From assembly GCA_965214045.1 (NCBI GenBank), contig OZ243935.1:2316994-2380993 (forward strand): a DNA stretch of 64,000 nucleotides, read 5' to 3'. The translations under genes were made by a program, and so were the position numbers. This document shows positions 19,415-27,385 of the stretch, piece after piece (position 1 is the first letter of the stretch; the number at the start of each line of letters is the position of its first letter). The notes beneath the pieces are model-generated. The model made no database searches and was not told the origin of the DNA. It saw nothing but the letters and a program-made list of their open reading frames with translations. The stretch comes from Candidatus Poribacteria bacterium (lineage in GTDB: Bacteria > Poribacteria > WGA-4E > WGA-3G).

Positions 19415-20812
19415 ATGCTTTTGACAATATCAACCACATATTCTCCCGCAACGGATCTCGGTTATCTGTTGCATAAACACCCATCTCGAATTCAATCCTT
19501 TGAACTCTCATTTGGGCAAGCGCATGTCTTTTATCCGGAGGCGGATACCGAGAGATGCACAGCAGCATTGCTTCTTGATGTTGATTCGATTGGACTTATC
19601 CGCCGCCCTCGTGGGCAATTTGCGCAAAATTTCGCGTTAGCGCAGTATGTCAGTGATCGTCCTTACGTTGCTTCGTCGTTTTTGAGCGTAGCAATTGCAC
19701 GGGTGTTTGGTAGCGCGTTGTCGGGCAGGTGCAAAGAACGTCCAGAGCTCGCGGAGACTGCGATTCCTTTAAGTGCGAAGTTAGCCATTCTACCATGTCG
19801 CGGCGGAGAGAAATTGTTGCGGCGACTTTTCGAGCCACTCGGTTATACCGTAACAACAGAGCACCAGGCGTTGGACACACAATTCCCGCAGTGGGGGCAG
19901 AGTCGTTATTTTACGGTGACAATTGAAAATATCTGTCGTTTGAGTGAGCTTCTCACGCATCTTTACATTCTGATTCCTGTGCTTGACGACGAGAAACACT
20001 ATTGGGTTGACGAGGCGGAAATCGAAAAGCTGTCAAAGCGTGGGAGTGATTGGCTCGCTGCGCATCCAGAACAAGAATCGATTGTTCGTCGCTACCTGAA
20101 ACATCAGCGGCAGCTTACCTCTCAAGCACTTGCCCAATTGTGCGAAAAGGACAATCAAGAGACTAACGAGGCAACTCAAGCAGAAGAAGAACAGGTTGAG
20201 GAACGGATCGGTCTGAACGAAATCCGTTTAGTTGCGGTCACCGAAATCCTCAAACAGTGTGGGGCAAAACGCGTTCTTGATTTGGGATGTGGTGAAGGAA
20301 AACTTCTTCGTAAGTTGTTGGCTGAGAGGCAATTTGAAGAGATCGTCGGAATGGACGTTTCACATCGTGCCCTGAAAACCGCGCAAAAACGACTTCAGCA
20401 TGACCGCTTACCGGAAAATCAGAAAGAGCGGATTCGTCTGTTTCAGGGGTCGCTCGGGTACCGAGATAAACGCTTAGATGGATACGATGCAGCTGCCGTT
20501 GTAGAGGTAATTGAACACTTAGATTTACCACGACTGGCGGTTTTTGAGCGCGTGCTTTTCGAGTATGCCTGTCCTCGGACGGTTGTGTTGACGACACCGA
20601 ACATAGAATACAATCTAAAGTTTGAGAACCTACAGGCTGGATATTTCCGGCATAAAGACCACCGTTTTGAGTGGACGCGGGACGAATTTCAGTCTTGGGC
20701 GGGAAAGGTTGCCGAACGCTTCGGTTATACCGTTGTGTTTCATCCGATCGGTCCAACTGTTGAAGATATTGGACCACCAACCCAGATGGCAGTCTTTACC
20801 CGAAAAGCTTGA
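19415..20812 (+). CDS. hen1: bacterial Hen1 RNA 3'-terminal ribose 2'-O-methyltransferase
   Basis: 465 aa, the size of bacterial Hen1. The N-terminal domain MLLTISTTYSPATDLGYLLHKHP...AALLLDVD is conserved. The C-terminal SAM methyltransferase domain contains VLDLGCGEGKLLRKLL. Confidence 0.75.
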   Translation: MLLTISTTYSPATDLGYLLHKHPSRIQSFELSFGQAHVFYPEADTERCTAALLLDVDSIGLIRRPRGQFAQNFALAQYVSDRPYVASSFLSVAIARVFGSALSGRCKERPELAETAIPLSAKLAILPCRGGEKLLRRLFEPLGYTVTTEHQALDTQFPQWGQSRYFTVTIENICRLSELLTHLYILIPVLDDEKHYWVDEAEIEKLSKRGSDWLAAHPEQESIVRRYLKHQRQLTSQALAQLCEKDNQETNEATQAEEEQVEERIGLNEIRLVAVTEILKQCGAKRVLDLGCGEGKLLRKLLAERQFEEIVGMDVSHRALKTAQKRLQHDRLPENQKERIRLFQGSLGYRDKRLDGYDAAAVVEVIEHLDLPRLAVFERVLFEYACPRTVVLTTPNIEYNLKFENLQAGYFRHKDHRFEWTRDEFQSWAGKVAERFGYTVVFHPIGPTVEDIGPPTQMAVFTRKA

Positions 20813-20910
20813 TGAATGGGATGGACGCAATTCTCTTGTAAATGCGGTTTCCCACAGATTGGTGCGGTGGTATCCGATACCGAACGGATAAAAAGGCGCG
20901 CAGCCTCAAA

Positions 20911-21008
20911 CGTAGTGGGAGGATTTTGCTTGGGTATTTCTTCAGGTCTACGCAAAGACACTTGGAAGCACAAACCTACTTCACCGAACCGCAAGGAAAA
21001 TTAGGAAA
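20911..21008 (+). repeat. long-form leader repeat ending in the core motif followed by ATG (short ORF only)
   Basis: gtagtgggaggattttgcttgggtattt...acgcaaagacac...caccgaaccgcaaggaaaattaggaaa followed by ATG at 21009. Only a 14-codon ORF follows. Confidence 0.7.
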
Positions 21009-21043
21009 ATGTCTGTTATTCTTCTCGAAGTCCAAAGCCGCAA

Positions 21044-21129
21044 GCCCGTAATGAAATGGAGGGCGACTCTACGGGAAGGCAGGTAAATGTATAAACCCAC
21101 TTCATCGAACCGCAAGGAAAATTAGAAAC
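21044..21129 (+). promoter_or_regulatory. extended leader repeat (GCCCGTAATGAAATGGAGGGCG...ATCGAACCGCAAGGAAAATTAGAAAC) abutting the pnkp start
   Basis: Homologous to the leaders at 30042-30131 and 34672-34757. ATG at 21130. Confidence 0.7.
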
Positions 21130-23697
21130 ATGAGAATTCCTGAACCTTCACTTATACTCCTCATTGGACCTTCGGGTTCAGGTAAATCTACCTTTGCACG
21201 TAAGCATTTTAAACCAACCGAGATTCTTTCGTCGGATTTCTGCCGAGGACTCGTTTCAGACGATGAGACCGATCAGACGGTAACGAATGATGCTTTTGAA
21301 GTGCTACGCTTCATCGCAGCCAAACGGCTCGCTGCCGGGAAATTGACGGTTATTGATGCCACGAATGTCCAGGTTGAAGCGCGAAAACCTTTGTTGGCAC
21401 TGGCGCGCGAATACCACTATTTAACCGTTGCTATTGTGTTTGATCTTCCCACAAAACTTTGTCAAGAAAGAAACGAGACGCGTCCCGACAGAAATTTGAA
21501 ACCTCATGTCATCCGTCAACAGAGCCAACAACTCCGTCGCTCGTTGCGCACTCTCAAACGCGAAGGTTTTCGGCAATTTGTCTATGTAATGTCCACACCC
21601 GAAGTTATTGAAGCCACCCATATAGAGCGGCAGCCATTGTGGACGAATCGCACAGACGAGCAAGGACCGTTTGATATTATTGGGGATATTCACGGCTGTT
21701 TTGATGAGCTTGTTGAATTGCTCGAAGAACTCGGTTACAAGGTCTCAATACAACCGGACGGCGACACCGTTGTTGAACCGCCACAAGGCAGGAAAGCGGT
21801 TTTCGTGGGCGATTTTGTTGACCGAGGTCCTAAAGTCCCTGAGGTGTTACGCTTGGTCATGGGAATGCAAAAAACCGACACGGCTCTCTGTGTCCCCGGG
21901 AATCATGACGTAAAACTGATTCGGGTACTTCGCGGCAAAAATGTGAATCCGACGCACGGATTAGCAGAATCCCTTTCTCAATTGGAGAGAGAATCAGTCG
22001 AATTTAAGGCACAAATCGTGGAATTCCTTGATGGTTTGGTGAGTCACTGTGTCCTTGACAACGGAAAGTTGGTCGTCGCGCATGCAGGAATGAAGGATGA
22101 ATTGCAAGGCAGGGCATCGGGGCGCGTGCGAGAATTCGCACTCTATGGCGAAACCACCGGAGAAACCGATGAGTTCGGCTTACCTATTCGACGCAATTGG
22201 GCTGACGAATATCGCGGGAACGCGATGGTTGTCTACGGACACACGCCGGTTGTCGAGCCGCAATGGGTAAATCGGACAATCAACATTGATACCGGATGTG
22301 TTTTCGGCGGTAAACTGACAGCGTTGCGATACCCTGAAAAAGAACTCGTGTCTGTTCCAGCACACCGGACGTATTATGAACCGGTTAAACCGCTTCTTGT
22401 AGGAGCGGACTCCGATTCCCGACAATCTTCTGTCGAAATGCAGGGGTCTGATGGCATTCTCGACATCAATGATGTACTTGGAAGGCGTGTCATCAGCACA
22501 CGATTACATCATAATGTGACAATCCGTGAAGAGAATACAATAACCGCACTTGAGGGAATGAGTCGTTTCGCTATAAACCCAAAATGGCTTATTTATCTTC
22601 CACCCACGATGTCACCAACAGAAACCACAAGCAATCCGGGGCTGCTTGAACATCCGGCGGAAGGGTTCGCTTATTACCGCAAACAAGACGTATCCACAGT
22701 CATTTGGGAAGAAAAACACATGGGATCCCGTGCTGTCGTTGTCGTTTGCCGAGATCCAGAAACCGCGAAAAGACGATTTGGTGTCCCAGGCGACACGCTT
22801 GGCATCTGTTACACACGGACCGGTAGACGTTTCTTTAACGATGCCACGATTGAAGCCGAACTGTTGGAACAAGTGAAAACCGCGATGGATACAGTCGGCT
22901 ATTGGGAGACCCTCAATACAGATTGGATCTGTTTTGACTGCGAGTTGATGCCTTGGTCAGTTAAGGCTCAGGAATTGTTACAGCAGCAATATGCACCCGT
23001 CGGAGCATCGGCTCATGTCGCGTTAGGAGAAACGATTGCCTCCCTGAAGATAGCCGCCGAGCGCGGCGTTGACGTGGATTGTATATTGGATGACTATCGT
23101 CAGCGCGCAGAGGCAGTGACCGCATACGTTAGGGCATATCAGCAATATTGTTGGGACGTCCAGTCTATTGCGGACTTGAGACTGGCTCCGTTCCATCTAC
23201 TTGCGACGGAAGGTACGGTGTATTTCGACAAAGACCATCTGTGGCACATGCGAATGCTTACGAAACTCTGTGAGAATTCTGAGGATAACCTGTTGTTCGC
23301 CACTCACTACGAGAGGGTTGATGTGACGCATGAGGCAAGCCAAACTGAAGCGATCTGTCGGTGGGAAGAACTCACCGAGCAGGGCAGCGAAGGGACAGTC
23401 ATCAAACCCCTGGATTTTATCGTTCAAGGCAAGCGAGGATTGGTACAACCCGCTATAAAGTGTCGAGGTCGTGAATACCTGCGGATAATCTATGGACCTG
23501 AATATACAGTGCCTCGAAACTTAGAACGTCTCCGTTCTCGCGGACTTTCTCACAAACGTTCTCTCGCACTTCGAGAGTTTGCGTTAGGCGTTGAGGCACT
23601 TGAACGCTTCGTTCACCGTGAACCCTTGCCCCGTGTTCATGAGTGCGTTTTCGGAATTCTGGCACTCGAAAGTGAGGCAGTTGATCCGAGACTTTAA
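21130..23697 (+). CDS. pnkp: polynucleotide kinase-phosphatase-ligase Pnkp (RNA repair)
   Basis: 855 aa in three modules. The P-loop kinase has GPSGSGKST. The calcineurin-like phosphoesterase has GDIHGC, GDFVDRGP and GNHD. The C-terminal nucleotidyltransferase has a KHMGS motif-I-like block. Confidence 0.8.
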   Translation: MRIPEPSLILLIGPSGSGKSTFARKHFKPTEILSSDFCRGLVSDDETDQTVTNDAFEVLRFIAAKRLAAGKLTVIDATNVQVEARKPLLALAREYHYLTVAIVFDLPTKLCQERNETRPDRNLKPHVIRQQSQQLRRSLRTLKREGFRQFVYVMSTPEVIEATHIERQPLWTNRTDEQGPFDIIGDIHGCFDELVELLEELGYKVSIQPDGDTVVEPPQGRKAVFVGDFVDRGPKVPEVLRLVMGMQKTDTALCVPGNHDVKLIRVLRGKNVNPTHGLAESLSQLERESVEFKAQIVEFLDGLVSHCVLDNGKLVVAHAGMKDELQGRASGRVREFALYGETTGETDEFGLPIRRNWADEYRGNAMVVYGHTPVVEPQWVNRTINIDTGCVFGGKLTALRYPEKELVSVPAHRTYYEPVKPLLVGADSDSRQSSVEMQGSDGILDINDVLGRRVISTRLHHNVTIREENTITALEGMSRFAINPKWLIYLPPTMSPTETTSNPGLLEHPAEGFAYYRKQDVSTVIWEEKHMGSRAVVVVCRDPETAKRRFGVPGDTLGICYTRTGRRFFNDATIEAELLEQVKTAMDTVGYWETLNTDWICFDCELMPWSVKAQELLQQQYAPVGASAHVALGETIASLKIAAERGVDVDCILDDYRQRAEAVTAYVRAYQQYCWDVQSIADLRLAPFHLLATEGTVYFDKDHLWHMRMLTKLCENSEDNLLFATHYERVDVTHEASQTEAICRWEELTEQGSEGTVIKPLDFIVQGKRGLVQPAIKCRGREYLRIIYGPEYTVPRNLERLRSRGLSHKRSLALREFALGVEALERFVHREPLPRVHECVFGILALESEAVDPRL

Positions 23698-23827
23698 AGG
23701 TCCGTTTTGAAACGATGACAGGATTTAATGCTAAAAAACTTCGCATCCAATTTTTTTTGACGAAAATCTCCGCGAATTACAACAGATACTACAAAATAGG
23801 AACTTTACTGCAACAGCGCATAAAAAA

Positions 23828-24739
23828 ATGAAAAATCGATTAATATACTACCTATTAATCTTCTATCTTGGTTTAGCGGTGGGTATAGGCTGTACGACGC
23901 AAGATACCCCTAATCCCCTATCACCTGAAGATAACACCGAAGTTGTTCTTAAAGATCATCGACTCACTGAAAATGAAACGTGGAACCCCGAAAAAACGTA
24001 TATTGTACATGGTACAGTGGAGATTCCACAGGAGATAACCCTCAACATACCACCCGGCACGACTGTTAAATTTGGACAGGATGCCCTTCTCACAGTGAGA
24101 GGTATTCTAAAGATCGGAACACCTTTAGATCAAGATGTGGTCACTCGACTCGTGCATCTCACATCGAACAATGCCGAATCTGCCTCCGGTGATTGGAACG
24201 GAATCCTCTTCGACCATACACACGATTTAGAGAGTTTTGTCAGAGGGACGGTTATAGAGCATGCCACAGTCGCCCTTGACATCAAAACGACATCCCCAAC
24301 TGTTGCAGAATGCACCCTTCGTGAAAATGAAACCGCCATCACTCTGGACGGAAGCGATGCTATCATCCGACGCAATGATATTCTTGACAATCATGTCGGG
24401 ATTAATACTATCGGACGCCAAACGCGACCAAAGATTGAGAGCAACAATATCACCAAAAACGAGACTGGAATCTTCTGTGAAAATGTCCAATCTATTATTC
24501 AAAACAACAACCTGAACGCGAACATTTTCGCACTCCGTTTGAATGTAAAATTTGACTTGGTGGTAACCCACAATTGGTGGGGAAATTCAGATGCTACCGA
24601 GATAGCGAATGTTATTATAGATGCCGCTGATCCGGTCCTGACGACTAAACAGATAGGCATCGTCTATTATGAGCCGTTCGCCGATGCGCGGATCGCCGAG
24701 GCAGGCTTTCCATATCCGACACTTCTCATCGATCTATAG
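23828..24739 (+). CDS. lipoprotein with parallel beta-helix repeats
   Basis: Signal peptide with a lipobox (LAVGIGC). Repeated N-x-I/L-xxN blocks (NNITKNETGIF, NNNLNANIF) of right-handed beta-helix type. Confidence 0.5.
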   Translation: MKNRLIYYLLIFYLGLAVGIGCTTQDTPNPLSPEDNTEVVLKDHRLTENETWNPEKTYIVHGTVEIPQEITLNIPPGTTVKFGQDALLTVRGILKIGTPLDQDVVTRLVHLTSNNAESASGDWNGILFDHTHDLESFVRGTVIEHATVALDIKTTSPTVAECTLRENETAITLDGSDAIIRRNDILDNHVGINTIGRQTRPKIESNNITKNETGIFCENVQSIIQNNNLNANIFALRLNVKFDLVVTHNWWGNSDATEIANVIIDAADPVLTTKQIGIVYYEPFADARIAEAGFPYPTLLIDL

Positions 24740-24832
24740 CAGGAGTGGATGATGGTGAAAATGAAGAATCTTACTTAACAATCCCAAGTCTTTAGACTTG
24801 GGTCAAACCCAGTAATTTATTTTCTTTTTTTC

Positions 24833-24862
24833 TTGACAACAGAAGTGCTGATATGGTATAAT
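24833..24862 (+). promoter_or_regulatory. sigma70-type promoter (TTGACA-18 bp-TATAAT) driving tnpB
   Basis: TTGACA at 24833-24838 and TATAAT at 24857-24862. Confidence 0.5.
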
Positions 24863-24950
24863 AGTATTACCTTATCAGTGGGAGTGCTATCAACACTCCC
24901 ACACCTTTGATAGAGGGATAAGGAAACTTCACAGATAAGGTGATACTCCA

Positions 24951-26045
24951 ATGGCACATAAATCCCATAAGATAGCACTTCGGGTTAATTCTGAACAAGA
25001 CGCGTGGTTTCATAGCCAATGCGGTTACGCTCGGTTTGCCTGTAATAATGCCCTGGCACATTTCAAAGCGGGTTTGGAATCAGGCACGTTCCATTCGGGA
25101 GTTGATTTAAACAATCACTTCAATACAGCCAAAAAAGCGTATGACTGGACGAAAGCACAAGACCAGCGTGCTGCGTTATATGCTATCCGAAACCTAACAG
25201 CAGGCATAAACCGCTGGAAAGACAAGATGAGTGGGTTTCCAAAGTTCAAGAAGCGTGGGCATAGGTTATCCTACACCACAGACGAACAGGCAGTAAAGGT
25301 AGACGGGAAGCGTATCAAGTTGCCCAAAATCGGTTGGGTCAAAATGTTTCAAGAGTTGCGTTTTGAGGGCGAGATTCTCCGTGTTACTATATCCAAGACG
25401 GCGCATAGGTGGTTTGTATCTATCACCGTTGACACAGGAACACCCAATGTTCTACGTGATACGCGTGGACTCCCTGTAGTCGGCATAGACGTAGGTATCA
25501 ACTCACTTGCTACACTGGATACGGGTAAACACTACGATAATCCAAGACCTTTGAAACGCTATGAAAGGAAGTTGGCACGTGAGCAACGCAAGTTAAGTCG
25601 TAAAGTATTTCTATCCAATAACTACTATAAGCAAAAAGAGAGAGTTGCTAAACTACACTATAAGATTGCTTGTATCCGAAATGACGCACACCACCAAGCG
25701 ACCACAGAGATCGTCAATATGGAAACCAGTGCGATTGGCATAGAAACACTCAAAGTTACGAACATGCTCAAGAATAGGAAACTTGCCAAAGCCTTATCGG
25801 ATAGTGCGTTAGGGGGTTTCCTTTCTAAACTTAAGTCCAAAGCAGAAGTGCTTGGAATACCTGTTGTAGAAGCCCCACAATTCTTTGCGTCCAGCAAAAC
25901 GTGCAGCAGTTGTGGGTATGTCAAAGACGAATTGTCGTTATCAGAGCGTGTGTTTCATTGTGACTGGTGCAAGACCAAAATAGATAGAGACCAGAACGCT
26001 GCGATAAATCTTAAGAAACTCGCCGTGGGCTACACGGAGAGTTAA
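24951..26045 (+). CDS. tnpB: TnpB (IS605 OrfB family), second copy
   Basis: 364 aa. Clearly homologous to the tnpB at 17994 (IGIDVGINSLAT, LKVTNMLKNRKLAKALSDSALGGF, C-terminal CSSCG...CDWC zinc ribbon). Confidence 0.85.
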   Translation: MAHKSHKIALRVNSEQDAWFHSQCGYARFACNNALAHFKAGLESGTFHSGVDLNNHFNTAKKAYDWTKAQDQRAALYAIRNLTAGINRWKDKMSGFPKFKKRGHRLSYTTDEQAVKVDGKRIKLPKIGWVKMFQELRFEGEILRVTISKTAHRWFVSITVDTGTPNVLRDTRGLPVVGIDVGINSLATLDTGKHYDNPRPLKRYERKLAREQRKLSRKVFLSNNYYKQKERVAKLHYKIACIRNDAHHQATTEIVNMETSAIGIETLKVTNMLKNRKLAKALSDSALGGFLSKLKSKAEVLGIPVVEAPQFFASSKTCSSCGYVKDELSLSERVFHCDWCKTKIDRDQNAAINLKKLAVGYTES

Positions 26046-26089
26046 AACGCTTGTGGAGTTTGTGTAAGACCTCCACAAGGAGGCTACAA

Positions 26090-27334
26090 ATGACGAAGCA
26101 AGAATCCCACGACTTTAGGCGTGGGAGTATCAAAAGTACAATTCTGAACGTCTCACAAAACCACCATGTCCGCGGCGGTTCTGATAGATACTTTTTTACC
26201 CTCGCCGAGTTGTTACAAAAACACGGACATCGGGTCGTGCCCTTCACAGCCGCAAACCCTAATAACGAACCCTCCGAATGGGAACACTATTTCCCACGCG
26301 GTGCCGACTTCGAGCATCCCGGAGCAGGAGACCTACTGCGCTTTTTATATTCACACGATGCTGTTAAATCAATTCGACGGTTGTTGAAGGACACAGATAT
26401 CGACCTCGCGCATTTCCATATCTACTACGGTAAACTCACTGCTTCAATCTTGGAAGTCCTAAAAAAAGACGGAATTCCGCTCATCCAGACGTTACACGAG
26501 TACAAGTTAACCTGCCCAGTTTATAGCCATCTCTCAAACGATGAAATTTGCGAGGCGTGTGAAGGTAAACACTTTTGGCGCGCGCTCCCAAAACGCTGCA
26601 ACAGGGGTTCACTTGCGCGGACTGCGTTGAGCGTCACGGAGTCTTATGTATCACGCATCCTCGGTGCTGTTAAGAAATTCGACCATTTCATTTCCGTCTC
26701 TCATTTCCTTCGGAAAAAGATGATCTCACACGGCATCCCAGAAGACCAAATCTCAACCGTTCATAACTTTGTCGATGTCTCTGACATCACACCGAATTTC
26801 GACGTTGGGGATTATGTCCTCTACTTCGGACGGGTGCATCGGAGCAAAGGGATTTTGACATTGATAGAAGCGGCGGCACCGCTCAAGCAATGCCCGATCT
26901 ACATCGTCGGTGATGGTGAAGCAATGCCCGAAATTCAGCGGATCGTTGAAGAGAACGAATGTGATCATATTCACCTCCTCGGTTTTAAGCAGGGCGATGC
27001 GCTCCGGGAACTCATTCTGAATAGCATCTGCACAGTCTTGCCATCAGAGTGGTATGAGAACTGTCCGATGTCTGTCTTGGAATCCTATGCTTACGGCAAA
27101 CCGGTCATTGGTGCTGATATAGGTGGGATTCCAGAGCTCATCGTAGATGGCGTTGATGGATTTCTCGTTCCATCGGGTGAGCGAGAAGCACTTCGAGAGC
27201 GTCTCCTATGGATTTTTGAACATAGAAACGAGGCTGTCGAGATGGGACGCATGGGTCGTCAAAAGATGGAGACAGCGTTTAATGCCGACATTCATTATGA
27301 AAGGATTATGAATGTCTACCAGCAATTTTTGTAG
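26090..27334 (+). CDS. glycosyltransferase family 4 (GT-B, RfaG-like)
   Basis: Start at ATG 26090, preceded by an AGGAGG Shine-Dalgarno. C-terminal GT4 donor-binding region (...GFKQGDALRELILNSICTVLPSEWYENCPMSVLESYAYGKPVIGADIGGIPELI...). Confidence 0.75.
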   Translation: MTKQESHDFRRGSIKSTILNVSQNHHVRGGSDRYFFTLAELLQKHGHRVVPFTAANPNNEPSEWEHYFPRGADFEHPGAGDLLRFLYSHDAVKSIRRLLKDTDIDLAHFHIYYGKLTASILEVLKKDGIPLIQTLHEYKLTCPVYSHLSNDEICEACEGKHFWRALPKRCNRGSLARTALSVTESYVSRILGAVKKFDHFISVSHFLRKKMISHGIPEDQISTVHNFVDVSDITPNFDVGDYVLYFGRVHRSKGILTLIEAAAPLKQCPIYIVGDGEAMPEIQRIVEENECDHIHLLGFKQGDALRELILNSICTVLPSEWYENCPMSVLESYAYGKPVIGADIGGIPELIVDGVDGFLVPSGEREALRERLLWIFEHRNEAVEMGRMGRQKMETAFNADIHYERIMNVYQQFL

Positions 27335-27385
27335 TATCAATATCCAAGAATCTCGGTTATATGCCGCAATTTTGAAGGAAAAGAA

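Larger units (their letters stand above)
24780..26089 (+). mobile_element. IS200/IS605-family element carrying only tnpB (IS1341-like)
   Basis: Left-end hairpin cccaagtctttagacttggg at 24783-24802. An internal consensus promoter. A second hairpin gtgggagtg...cactcccac. The right end carries a conserved 3' scaffold with the hairpin cttgtggag...ctccacaag, directly abutting the next gene. Confidence 0.55.

Noticed and set aside
20842-21051. 69-aa ORF spanning the hen1-pnkp intergenic region
   Set aside because: It reads straight through two copies of the leader repeat in a frame that is not conserved between copies. Rejected as a coding region.
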